Assembly (NCBI GenBank): GCA_000503915.1
Contig: CP006915.1
Location: 813,465-845,464 of the forward strand
DNA from: Candidatus Saccharimonadota bacterium
Lineage (GTDB): Bacteria; Patescibacteriota; Saccharimonadia; Saccharimonadales; Saccharimonadaceae
Length of the DNA stretch: 32,000 bases
Reading direction: 5' to 3'
Shown: piece by piece, positions 16,142 through 24,662 of the stretch
Layout of the letters: the number at the start of each line of letters is the position of its first letter
Numbering within the stretch: the stretch's first letter is position 1
The notes under the pieces: model-generated
Seen by the model: only the letters and a program-made list of their open reading frames with translations
The model's database searches: none
Told to the model about the DNA's origin: nothing
Program-made: the position numbers and the translations under genes

Positions 16142-16185
16142 CGTAGTGCAGGCTAATCACCTGAACGATGCATTGCCCTGGTCGA

Positions 16186-18423
16186 CTAGTCAATAGGGAT
16201 ACGAGGAATGATCTTTCCTATCCAAGCCGGAAGCCACCAAGCCTTCTTGCCCATCAGGCGCATCACTGCCGGAACAATCGTCATCCTCACCAGGAACGCG
16301 TCAATAAAGACACCGACCGCCAGCGCGAAACCGAGTGCTTGGACGACGCTATTGTCGTTTGTAATAAAGCCAGCGAAGACTGCGACCATGATCAGCGCCG
16401 CTGCCGTCACGACTTTACTCCCATGGCTGAAGCCGTTTATGATGGCCTTTTGAGGATCGTCCGTATGCTCATGCGCTTCACGTATACTCGAGACGAGGAA
16501 AAATTGATAGTCCATCGCCAGACCAAAGAGGATGCCGAGTGCCATTAGTGGTAGGAAGCTAACGATCGGCGCCGGCGCTTCGGCAATGCCAAACCAACCC
16601 CACTGGAATACTGCCACCAGCGCGCCGAACATCGCCGCTACCGACAACAAGTAGCCGAGCGTTGCTTTGATTGGGATCAGTATAGAGCGAAAGGCGATAA
16701 CGAGTAGCAACAGCGATAGGCCGACAACAACGGCGAGATACACCGGTAGAGCGCTGGCCAGCTTGTCGTTGATATCAATGAGCATAGCGGTACTGCCAGT
16801 AACGGTAAACGTCGCACCTTTTAGCCATTTCTGCTGATTGTCTTGATCACGTAGGGCGTTTATAAGATCGGTCGTAGCCTTATCGGAAGGACCGGAGCTG
16901 GGAATAACCTGCAGTACACCGACGGTACCATCCTCGTTGATCATTGTCGGCAGTACCGTCTCGACATTGTTAAGCTTGGCAACCTCATTGCCGACTTTTG
17001 TCAGATGGAGGCGCTTGCCATACTCTTCAGCCTGAGCAGCTGAAATTTGCCCGGCTTTGGCTTGGTTCTGGGTTTTAGCGGCAACCAGCTCGGCGCTACT
17101 GACAGGCTCGAGCCCTTCAACCACCACCATGAGCGGCGCATTGTAACCTTCACCAAAGCTTTTGGTTACCGTATCGTAGGCTTTACGCTCGGTCGTATCC
17201 GCGGCAGCATATTGGTCGGTAGACATGCCTAGCTCCAGGGAGGGGGCAGGTAGCGCGATGGCGACAATGACGATCAGTGCCGCAAAAATGGCGACGAGCG
17301 GACGCTTCGTAACCAGCACACCCCATTTGTACCAAATATGTTTTCGCTCGTCGGTGGCATTATTTGCCTGAGCCGTGTCAGCTTTTCGCCTTTGCCGTTT
17401 GTGTATAATTTTCGAGCCGGCCAGCCGGAATAATGCCGGCAGGATAGTGATCGCCATTACCGCGGCAGCAGCTACAGCGGCAGCGGCAGTCAGCCCCATC
17501 GTTGTAATGAAAGGTATCCCGACGACGCTCAGTGCCGCCAGTGCGATTAGCACCGTGGCAGCAGCAAATATGACGGCATTGCCGGCAGTCATAGTCGCCC
17601 GTATAGCCGCCTTTTTGCGAGCCATACCATCACTCAGGTAGCTACGGTAACGACTGATAATAAATAACGAGTAGTCTATACCTACGGCGATACCGAGCAT
17701 CGCTCCGATCGCTGGCGTCGATGTGTTGACATCGATAACCTGACTCAACCCAAACAGCCCCGCCATTGTCGCGCCAACTGCCGTAAAGGCAATCAGCAGC
17801 GGCATACCGGCTGCCACCAATGACCCGAACGTCACTATGAGCACCAAGAACGCCACAAGTACACCGACCGCTTCACCAGCGCCTAGTGGTTGGTGCGAGA
17901 ACTTGTTAACCAAGTCACCGCCAGTCTCTATGGCTATACCCTCGCCTCTCGCGTCATCGACGATCGACTGAACTTGGTCGGTGGTAGATTTTTCGATTGC
18001 ACCGGATTCTTCAACTAGCTGCACCTGGATAAGTGCGGCTTTTTTATCCTGGCTGATAGCGCTCGGATTTTCAAAGGGGTTCACCGCCCGCTTTACACCC
18101 TCAACTTCTGAAACGTCTTTAGTTAACGTGGTGATTTGACTTTTATAGCTCATAACCGTGCTATCACCAGCAACCGAAACGACGATACTACCAGCACTTT
18201 TGCCGGATTCTGGGAAATACTTGCTCATTGTCTCGACTCCGGTTTGTGCCTCAGTGCCAGGTACGGTCATAGCGTTGCCCGGCGCCTTGTAAAAGGTAGC
18301 TGCCGCTATCGCCAATAGTGCGACCACGACGACCCAGGCGAGAATTGTTCGCCACGGATGTTCAAAACTAAATTTACCGATCTGTTTTAGTAATTTTTGC
18401 AATTGTTCCTCCTGTTTTTTCAA
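16186..18423 (-). CDS. MMPL/RND-superfamily membrane transporter.
   Basis: 745 aa with two 6-TM bundles and large loops, and a typical MMPL N-terminus (GKFSFEHPWRTILAWVV). Confidence 0.9.
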   Translation of the reverse strand: MKKQEEQLQKLLKQIGKFSFEHPWRTILAWVVVVALLAIAAATFYKAPGNAMTVPGTEAQTGVETMSKYFPESGKSAGSIVVSVAGDSTVMSYKSQITTLTKDVSEVEGVKRAVNPFENPSAISQDKKAALIQVQLVEESGAIEKSTTDQVQSIVDDARGEGIAIETGGDLVNKFSHQPLGAGEAVGVLVAFLVLIVTFGSLVAAGMPLLIAFTAVGATMAGLFGLSQVIDVNTSTPAIGAMLGIAVGIDYSLFIISRYRSYLSDGMARKKAAIRATMTAGNAVIFAAATVLIALAALSVVGIPFITTMGLTAAAAVAAAAVMAITILPALFRLAGSKIIHKRQRRKADTAQANNATDERKHIWYKWGVLVTKRPLVAIFAALIVIVAIALPAPSLELGMSTDQYAAADTTERKAYDTVTKSFGEGYNAPLMVVVEGLEPVSSAELVAAKTQNQAKAGQISAAQAEEYGKRLHLTKVGNEVAKLNNVETVLPTMINEDGTVGVLQVIPSSGPSDKATTDLINALRDQDNQQKWLKGATFTVTGSTAMLIDINDKLASALPVYLAVVVGLSLLLLVIAFRSILIPIKATLGYLLSVAAMFGALVAVFQWGWFGIAEAPAPIVSFLPLMALGILFGLAMDYQFFLVSSIREAHEHTDDPQKAIINGFSHGSKVVTAAALIMVAVFAGFITNDNSVVQALGFALAVGVFIDAFLVRMTIVPAVMRLMGKKAWWLPAWIGKIIPRIPID

Positions 18424-18724
18424 TATTTTCTAATAAACTTATAAATTCGCGGAGTGACTTTAGAGGTGTCGAGTACTGCGGTGTGTAGTAATAATTCACT
18501 CCTTTTCGATGTACGGTCAGCAGTCCGGCTTTTTTGAGAATTTTGATATGGTGCGAGACGGTCGGTCGCGCCAGGCCAGTCCGTTTGGTAAGCTGGGCAA
18601 CATTTTTTGAGACATCGTCGGACAACAGCAGCATAATTTGCTGACGCACCGGGCTTCCGAGCGCGTTGAAAATAGGCAGATTTCGCTGCAGCAATTCCAT
18701 AGCTCGTAGGTTTTTATTGTCCAT
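18374..18724 (-). CDS. ArsR/SmtB-family transcriptional regulator.
   Basis: LGSPVRQQIMLLL...VAQLTKRTGLARPTVSHHIKILKKAGLL. Overlaps the MMPL start by 50 nt. Confidence 0.85.
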   Translation of the reverse strand: MDNKNLRAMELLQRNLPIFNALGSPVRQQIMLLLSDDVSKNVAQLTKRTGLARPTVSHHIKILKKAGLLTVHRKGVNYYYTPQYSTPLKSLREFISLLENIEKTGGTIAKITKTDR

Positions 18725-18730
18725 TCATTA

Positions 18731-18759
18731 ATAGTACTACATCGGTCGAAATTTTTCAA
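18731..18759 (-). promoter_or_regulatory. Promoter (TTGAAA, 17-nt spacer, TACTAT) ending 6 nt before the arsR-like ATG (leaderless).
   Basis: The reverse complements of 18754-18759 and 18731-18736 give the two hexamers. ATG at 18724. Confidence 0.5.
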
Positions 18760-18791
18760 CGTATATAAAAATATCTCCTTTACCTCTTATC

Positions 18792-18910
18792 CAGGGTTTC
18801 ACCTTTAACAGATCAAATAAGGCCGGCTTCTATTTTTGAAGAAACCGGGAGTCATAAATCATACATGCCAATTAAAAAACCGAGGCTAGGCCTCGATGTT
18901 TTAATTGGTG
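18792..18910. repeat. Left copy of the ~120-bp direct repeat.
   Basis: Aligns base for base with 24663-24782 apart from a few substitutions and a 1-nt indel. It contains two minus-strand terminator-like hairpins (CGAGGCctaGCCTCG + T6; CCGGTTTCTTcaaaaataGAAGCCGG). Confidence 0.85.
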
Positions 18911-19013
18911 GAGTTTTACAACTAAGTTCGAGCCGAATTTGAGCGCTAGGGCTGAAGCGTAAGCTTGGCCCCGATGCCTGCGGGCGTGTAACGCCCGCTC
19001 GTCCCACCAAAAA
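18905..19013. other. Unassigned structured RNA-like segment (cloverleaf-like, not a canonical tRNA).
   Basis: The ends pair (GGTGG...CCACC). Three internal hairpins are present: AAGTTCG-agc-CGAATTT; GGGC..AAGC-GTAA-GCTT..GCCC, with a GNRA loop on the plus strand; and GCGGGCG-tgtaa-CGCCCGC. The plus strand ends TCGTCCCACCA and the minus strand ends AACTCCACCA. It sits where tRNA-Gly sits relative to the other repeat copy. Confidence 0.3.
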
Positions 19014-19112
19014 ACCCTTTGCCTTATTTTTTATTTCCCCCACCGAGATTTCTTTTTTAGTTGAAAAGGGTGCCTTCTGGTGGTGGCGTATTGCTTGGCA
19101 ACTTTGGCGATG

Positions 19113-20942
19113 TTACCTAACGAGATCTGTCGACCAGTTGTTAAGGATATCCTCTGTGTTCGCAACCCAGACATCGGAGCTTTCTGATGATTCTGCGTTT
19201 TCTGCAATGCTCTCGACGAGATTTCGGAGATTATCATGAGTAAAGCGTCTGCCAGACTTTCTAATTTGTTTGAGAGTTTTCAGAATTAAGACAAATTGGT
19301 TGATTGTGATTGGTGTAATCTTTTGCTTGCTGCCTTTGTAGCCATGGACATTAGCAATCCAAAATGTTTCGGCACTGTCGGTATGAATCGTCGGTGCGAT
19401 AAATATACAATAGGCATTTTGATTTGTTGCCTCGAAGTCTCGGAGGTGTCGCATAACAGGTTGACCTTCGTTGTACCACTGGTCGCGCCCACTGAGCATC
19501 GTAACTTCACAAATCATATTGAAGTCGTCGTAGTAACACTCTATATCCGCCATGCCGCCAGGAGCAGTAGACGTTGGTTCATTATCATCTCCAACGGGAT
19601 AGTTCGGCTTTATCTCCTTTGCGTCGTTGAGTGCGTGTAGTCCCATTGTTGAGAGATATTCTAGGCGTAGCGGTCGATTTTCAGCAGTAAAGATATTTTC
19701 TAGCTGCTCAATGTAGTCAGTGATTGATTCAACAGGTTGCGACTTTACGTGATTATCCTGCTCTTGCAGTTCTTTTCGCAAGGCTCGTAACTCACTAATG
19801 TAGTCGTTAAGCTCTGCTTCGCTCATTTCTGAGGTATTTTTTACGCTAAGAACTGACAAACCGAGATCTATTTGCAGACTACTAACATCATCGTAAACTT
19901 CAGACACTATTCCAGCTAACTTATCTTTAGTTTGCCACGGCAAACGTGGCTGACTATCGTCTGACATGTAACCCAAGTACTCATCTTTGTCGATGAACGT
20001 CTTTGGCTTGTAAAATGCTGTTTCAAATAGTGACTCAATCTCCGTATGACGGTTAGGCTCTAAGTCGATATAAAATCCATTACCACGAATACGAATGAAC
20101 TTTGTAAGGCGGAAGTATCGTATTGCATTATCACCGTAATCACGTAGATTCTTAAGATGTGTATCTATTTCTTTTTGCACGCTTGAGCCAAGAAAGCTGA
20201 CAGCAAAGCTACGTCGATAACTATCACGCATTGCCTTCCTGTCTGCCTTTGTTTTACCTTTTTGAGCCTCTCGGAGCTTCACGATCTCATTTGCATATCT
20301 GGATATATCACGGTAATTAATTAGCGTAGGGACAAATAAGCAGAACTCTCGTTTGCTAATGCCGACCGACTTATTGCCTCGATCCGACCATAGTTTATTT
20401 ACCTCACTAATGAGCTTGAGCATTGCCACAAACGGCACGACGTCGTATTTGCCATCATCACTGTAGTCATTGCTAGCTGGGTTGGGTATTTGCCACTTAA
20501 TAAACGACTTAAGGAATACATCGCCAGAATCTTTTTCACTTGCTATCAGTTTTTGACCAAGCTCTGTGATTTTCAAAATACCATTATCTATGAATGCAAA
20601 GCCAAACTTTGTGAGCGGGTTGATTGACTGGCGACCACGCATCGAGAAATCTTGATAGTTTTTTGCTTCAATAATGCGGTCGATTATAGTGCCGGTAATC
20701 TCAGCATCGACATCGTTAATAGTGGCTACAACATCAGGAGGCAAACCGTTATAAAACTGCTGACTTCCGTAACCATATAAGCGATTCTTGATGAGTAGTT
20801 TTTGATATTCTTTCTGGCTATCTCGATTCCACTCTTTGCCAACAAGGGGTTGCAAGGCAACTAAAAATGCTCTCAGCCGTTCAGGGCTGCGAACGGTGGT
20901 TGATATTGACCACATTTTTGACATAATATCATTATATCTCAC
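19113..20942 (-). CDS. Type IIS restriction (or nicking) endonuclease, AlwI/PleI/MlyI/N.BstNBI family.
   Basis: N-terminus WSISTTVRSPERL, central FLKSFIKWQIPNP, and a C-terminal catalytic block ADIECYYDDFNMICEVTMLSG...QPVMRH...CIFIAPTI...GRRFTHDNLRNLVESI. All resemble my recollection of N.BstNBI. The likely start is the ATG at 20924. Confidence 0.7.
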   Translation of the reverse strand: MRYNDIMSKMWSISTTVRSPERLRAFLVALQPLVGKEWNRDSQKEYQKLLIKNRLYGYGSQQFYNGLPPDVVATINDVDAEITGTIIDRIIEAKNYQDFSMRGRQSINPLTKFGFAFIDNGILKITELGQKLIASEKDSGDVFLKSFIKWQIPNPASNDYSDDGKYDVVPFVAMLKLISEVNKLWSDRGNKSVGISKREFCLFVPTLINYRDISRYANEIVKLREAQKGKTKADRKAMRDSYRRSFAVSFLGSSVQKEIDTHLKNLRDYGDNAIRYFRLTKFIRIRGNGFYIDLEPNRHTEIESLFETAFYKPKTFIDKDEYLGYMSDDSQPRLPWQTKDKLAGIVSEVYDDVSSLQIDLGLSVLSVKNTSEMSEAELNDYISELRALRKELQEQDNHVKSQPVESITDYIEQLENIFTAENRPLRLEYLSTMGLHALNDAKEIKPNYPVGDDNEPTSTAPGGMADIECYYDDFNMICEVTMLSGRDQWYNEGQPVMRHLRDFEATNQNAYCIFIAPTIHTDSAETFWIANVHGYKGSKQKITPITINQFVLILKTLKQIRKSGRRFTHDNLRNLVESIAENAESSESSDVWVANTEDILNNWSTDLVR

Positions 20943-20944
20943 TG

Positions 20945-23023
20945 TCAGTAGTTTGTAATTAGTACCTCGACCGTTTTATTATTCTTTGCCATTGAGTGAT
21001 AGTTAGAGTTTTTGTAGTGATAGTCAAGTTTGTTAATGTGGTAGCTGTTTTTTTCCACCCATTTCTTCATTATCTCGTTAACTTCACCTTTATGCTCCAA
21101 TACGTTTGAGAGGGCGAACCGTATATTTTTTTTATGTAGCTTAGTGAGCAGAGTGTACAAGTCTTTTTCATCCTTTTCTGTCCAGCCACCCAGCTCATTA
21201 TAGCTTGCTAAGCCTAGCAGATATGGAGGGTCGAGATACACAAAGTCATCTTTTTGCAATTTCATCATTTCTATATCTCGAAAGTCAGCATGTTTGAATG
21301 TAATGTTTTTTTCGTTCGCCGCTTGATTGAACGCCGCAACATTTCTTCTTGAGCTGCCGTTATAGTCACGTTTACCCACGGGTAGATTGAAGTCACCCTT
21401 TGAATTGAATCGTATCTGATTATTGAACGAGTAGAGAACTAGTATGAGTAATAGGTCAATACGTTTTTTAGATTTATTGAACTCATCACGCAACTCAAGA
21501 AATGCTTGTTTATTAACTTTTCCAAGCCCAGCCGAGCTTTCAGCTCCATAAAAATCATAGCCTTTTATGTAGCTCTGACTTAGACCGAACTTATCGATAA
21601 TATCGACAATTTGTTGATTCAGGTCATCAAAATTAGTACCTTGTATTAGCTGCAAAAGGTCAATGACATTCTTATTTTTCTCGACACAGATGATACTTTG
21701 GGCATCGGCATTTATGCCAACATTTGCACCCCCAGCAAACACATCGTAAAAAGTATTGATGTTTTCAGGGAATAGCTTTGTAATCTGCGGCAGCAGTTTA
21801 TGTTTTCCGCCAGTATAGTTGAGGGGTGACTTAACATAGCCACTTTGTATAGGGTTTCGCTTTGATGCGACTATGGATTTTTGTGTTGTAGTTGTGCTAT
21901 TAACTTTACATAAAAAGATTCGTTCTTTCAGATCATCTTTGTTTGATTTGCCAGTTGTAAACTGCTTAAAATCAGTCTCGTATATCTGAACCTCGCCTTT
22001 TCGCTTGAGGGCAGAGAGTATTTCATGGTCGCTGATTCGTGATTGAGAACGTGCGTTGCCAGAACCACCCATATCGTTATAAGAAACGAGAATGTATTTT
22101 GCATTGATTGCGTCGATGAGTTCGCCAAAAGCAACACCCGCTGATTTCATACTGTACTTACTCTTTATATGGTCTCGATTGATTTTCTTTGCAACGCCAA
22201 ACACCTCTTGCTTATGCCATGATGCGATGTTTTCCAGCAAGTGGTAAGCATCAGAATATTGCCGTGAATTATAGGGCGGGTCGATGTATACCACATCGGC
22301 TTTTATTTGCTTTACTAACTCATTTGCATCACTTTTATATATCGTTGCTTTGTATTTTGAGGATTTTACATTAAGCGGCAGGAGGAATAGCTCTTTCTTA
22401 GGAATATCTATTTTTCTATACGCATCGTAGTGTCCAACAGTATTTGCGATTCTATCAAGAGCATAGATAAGCGAGGTGAGTAAATATGACTTTTCTCTCG
22501 GAGTAATAATCTTTTCTTCAAATAATTTCTCTATATCATCTCGAATGATGCCAATTTTCTTTGAGTTTATTTTGTCAAAGTAGGTATTTGCAAAGTTCTT
22601 TGAAAAGTAATTGTCATCGTATTTTTCTATGTCTAGGGAATTATAAACTTTAAGTCGTTTTTTCAGTTTCTCCTCTCTAATTTCATCATTTCCAAAAAAA
22701 GCATTATAAGCATGGTGGTTTGAATCGAGGATATCGTTTACAATGATTTGGGAGCGGTCGTAAAAGTGATTTGCAACCGACCCAGTACCTGCAAAGATAT
22801 CTGCAAATGAGTTGAACTTTATATTTTCCTTCTGCAATATGCTGTCAATAAAGTTTAGTAGCTTTGTTTTTGAGCCAAGATAACGTCTTTGTGTTATACA
22901 GAATGATTTATTTCCAAAATATGCATCGTCCATACTCCCAATATAGCTTAATGTGGTTATGCTAACAATACCGAATTTTAAGATTTTTGGGTTTTGTGGA
23001 TAAGTGTACTGACTATGGTTCAA
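20945..23023 (-). CDS. Fused double N6-adenine DNA methyltransferase (two D12/Dam-class domains).
   Basis: Two copies of the motif pair: FADIFAGTGSV...VVYIDPPYNS and FYDVFAGGANV...FVYLDPPYLL. An RYLGSKTKLL N-terminal motif is present. This architecture is typical of type IIS systems that methylate both strands of an asymmetric site. The track start is TTG; an alternative ATG lies at 22933. Confidence 0.9.
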   Translation of the reverse strand: MNHSQYTYPQNPKILKFGIVSITTLSYIGSMDDAYFGNKSFCITQRRYLGSKTKLLNFIDSILQKENIKFNSFADIFAGTGSVANHFYDRSQIIVNDILDSNHHAYNAFFGNDEIREEKLKKRLKVYNSLDIEKYDDNYFSKNFANTYFDKINSKKIGIIRDDIEKLFEEKIITPREKSYLLTSLIYALDRIANTVGHYDAYRKIDIPKKELFLLPLNVKSSKYKATIYKSDANELVKQIKADVVYIDPPYNSRQYSDAYHLLENIASWHKQEVFGVAKKINRDHIKSKYSMKSAGVAFGELIDAINAKYILVSYNDMGGSGNARSQSRISDHEILSALKRKGEVQIYETDFKQFTTGKSNKDDLKERIFLCKVNSTTTTQKSIVASKRNPIQSGYVKSPLNYTGGKHKLLPQITKLFPENINTFYDVFAGGANVGINADAQSIICVEKNKNVIDLLQLIQGTNFDDLNQQIVDIIDKFGLSQSYIKGYDFYGAESSAGLGKVNKQAFLELRDEFNKSKKRIDLLLILVLYSFNNQIRFNSKGDFNLPVGKRDYNGSSRRNVAAFNQAANEKNITFKHADFRDIEMMKLQKDDFVYLDPPYLLGLASYNELGGWTEKDEKDLYTLLTKLHKKNIRFALSNVLEHKGEVNEIMKKWVEKNSYHINKLDYHYKNSNYHSMAKNNKTVEVLITNY

Positions 23024-23040
23024 GAGGACTGTTCTCTTAT
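23022..23040. repeat. 19-bp direct repeat, copy 1 (AAGAGGACTGTTCTCTTAT; internal palindrome AAGAG-N-CTCTT).
   Basis: Identical to 24642-24660. It overlaps the stop of the 120-aa ORF and the annotated TTG start of the methyltransferase. Confidence 0.8.
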
Positions 23041-23399
23041 GTAGGTGCTACGAACAAGAGCCATACCACAACCCCTGAAAGTCCATAGATAAGCAGAACA
23101 ATTACTCCAATTCCAAATGTCCCCCTTAAGCCCTCACGTACTAACTTTGCAACTGGATGGTTTTTTCGCAGCGAGGGTTCAAGTTCTCGCCAAAGTTCTG
23201 CTAATTGGTCAAGACAGAAAAGCATAATTAACAAACCTGCAATGCTAACTACAAGATCTGGAATAGTGATTGAGATTGCTAATGAGCTTACTCCAAAATG
23301 AGCTAAATACGAGTAAAGAAATACGTACGCAAGAGCATAGGCAAACGCTGAGGCTATTAGGACACGTGTTCCATCCGTAATCGTGAAGTTACGAAACAT
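23037..23399 (-). CDS. Small integral membrane protein (3-4 TM), hypothetical.
   Basis: 120 aa, strongly hydrophobic segments, 9 nt downstream of the PurM-like gene. Confidence 0.6.
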   Translation of the reverse strand: MFRNFTITDGTRVLIASAFAYALAYVFLYSYLAHFGVSSLAISITIPDLVVSIAGLLIMLFCLDQLAELWRELEPSLRKNHPVAKLVREGLRGTFGIGVIVLLIYGLSGVVVWLLFVAPT

Positions 23400-23408
23400 A
23401 TTAGTTAC

Positions 23409-24551
23409 CTAAAACTCCAGCCACTCACTATCTGAACCAGCACCAAGATTGCGAATTTTAATACCTGGCTTTTCTGTTACTACGCCAATCTCTTGTGCAA
23501 CAACACCGTGCTGCTCGGCAGCCTCAAGAACTTTCTCTGGTTCGTTAGTTGCAACTACCATACCTGGCCCCATGTGCCATTTTCCATAAGCCGTCCTGTC
23601 GTCAAAGCCACGAATCTCTTGCATCTTCAGCATAATGTCGGGCGGGGTATTAGGATTACTAATCTCCACACCAAGCCCACTTGGCTCTAACATTCTTCCA
23701 ATTTTACTGGGCTGACCACCACCAGTTATGTGAGCAACTCCAGTCACCCTAGCAAGTGATTCCTTTGCAATGTCATAACCCCCCGTTAATTCAGACATAA
23801 AGCCAGAGTAGATTATCGAAGGGGCTTGTACAAGTTTACCGAGAGCTACATCGCTCAGTGAACGGTCAATTTTGTTGTGCCAGTCTTCACCATATTCTTT
23901 CAGCATAGCTTTGCGAACGTCAGTAATTCCATTTGAACGGAAGCCGTGTTCGCTAAAACCAACGAGTGTGTTGCCTGCTTCAATTTGATGTCCTGTCAAT
24001 ATACGGTCTTTATGAGCGACCCACAAGATTGCAGCACCCCAGTTGTAATTAAACTCTCCAAACCCTCCAACACGGTCTCCAAGCTCTGCCACTTCACCAT
24101 TCACTACAGCAACCTTTGCAAGCCCTGCAGCCGCTACGTAACCGTATGCGAGTTGACGAAGTGCCTCTCGTGTATGTTCTGTATCGTCCAACTGCCGAAC
24201 ATCTAAAATTGTTCCGATTGCGAGTGGCTCAGCGCCCCGCACAACCGCATCATCACATACCATAGCAAACAAGTCATGAGCCACGGTCGAATGGTTATCC
24301 ATGCGCTCGGCTATCTCAATTTTTGTACCTACCCCATCAAAACCTAGATTGATTTCAAGATTTTCAAAATCTTTATCCTTAAACTGAGAAAGAGGGATTG
24401 AACGGAACCCAGAGAAGGATTCATGTGCTTCTCGCACTAATCCTGGTCGATTAGCGTGAGTATGCTTCGATGCTTCGTAAAGCATTTTTGAGGCATCGTC
24501 TCCTAGTTCAATGTTAACGTCTTGGATTGGTCTGCGAGATAGTTCTGTCAT
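23409..24551 (-). CDS. PurM-family (AIR synthase-like) ATP-dependent enzyme, an orphan copy.
   Basis: 380 aa. DGVGTKIEIAERM, AMVCDDAVVRGAEPL, NGEVAELGD and GFSEHGFRSNGITDVRK all parallel PurM motifs (DGVGTK, D-x-AMxVND, GGETAEMP, SSGxHSNG). Confidence 0.8.
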   Translation of the reverse strand: MTELSRRPIQDVNIELGDDASKMLYEASKHTHANRPGLVREAHESFSGFRSIPLSQFKDKDFENLEINLGFDGVGTKIEIAERMDNHSTVAHDLFAMVCDDAVVRGAEPLAIGTILDVRQLDDTEHTREALRQLAYGYVAAAGLAKVAVVNGEVAELGDRVGGFGEFNYNWGAAILWVAHKDRILTGHQIEAGNTLVGFSEHGFRSNGITDVRKAMLKEYGEDWHNKIDRSLSDVALGKLVQAPSIIYSGFMSELTGGYDIAKESLARVTGVAHITGGGQPSKIGRMLEPSGLGVEISNPNTPPDIMLKMQEIRGFDDRTAYGKWHMGPGMVVATNEPEKVLEAAEQHGVVAQEIGVVTEKPGIKIRNLGAGSDSEWLEF

Positions 24552-24641
24552 GTATCAACTATACAGGACGAAAATAAATGCAAAAAGCATAAGCAACTCT
24601 ATTACATTAAGCTGGAGTTAGAAACCATGTTTAAGAGGTTT

Positions 24642-24660
24642 AAGAGGACTGTTCTCTTAT
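24642..24660. repeat. 19-bp direct repeat, copy 2.
   Basis: Identical to 23022-23040. It lies about 90 nt upstream of the PurM-like start and 2 nt from the right ~120-bp repeat. Confidence 0.8.
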
Positions 24661-24662
24661 AA

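Noticed and set aside
8343-18318. Numerous 60-250-aa ORFs antisense to or out of frame with leuS, murF, copB and the MMPL gene (for example 11428..12180, 13667..14158, 10241..10711).
   Set aside because: They are embedded in long, motif-supported genes on the opposite strand or in another frame. These are typical shadow ORFs of moderately GC-rich coding sequence.
18905-18915. The idea that the minus-strand ..AAACTCCACCA at the left island junction is the 3' end of a tmRNA whose 5' end is at 928, split by an inversion.
   Set aside because: The acceptor pairing would be 6/7 with a G3-U70. However, no T-arm precedes it, the pieces are on opposite strands 18 kb apart, and nothing else supports an inversion. 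I treat it as coincidence.
18852-19237. The small ORFs 18852..19043 and 19031..19237, considered as possible island recombinase or excisionase genes.
   Set aside because: They are too short and low-complexity. They overlap the repeat, the structured segment or the 3' end of the endonuclease gene, and have no recombinase motifs. The island therefore appears to lack an integrase within this window.
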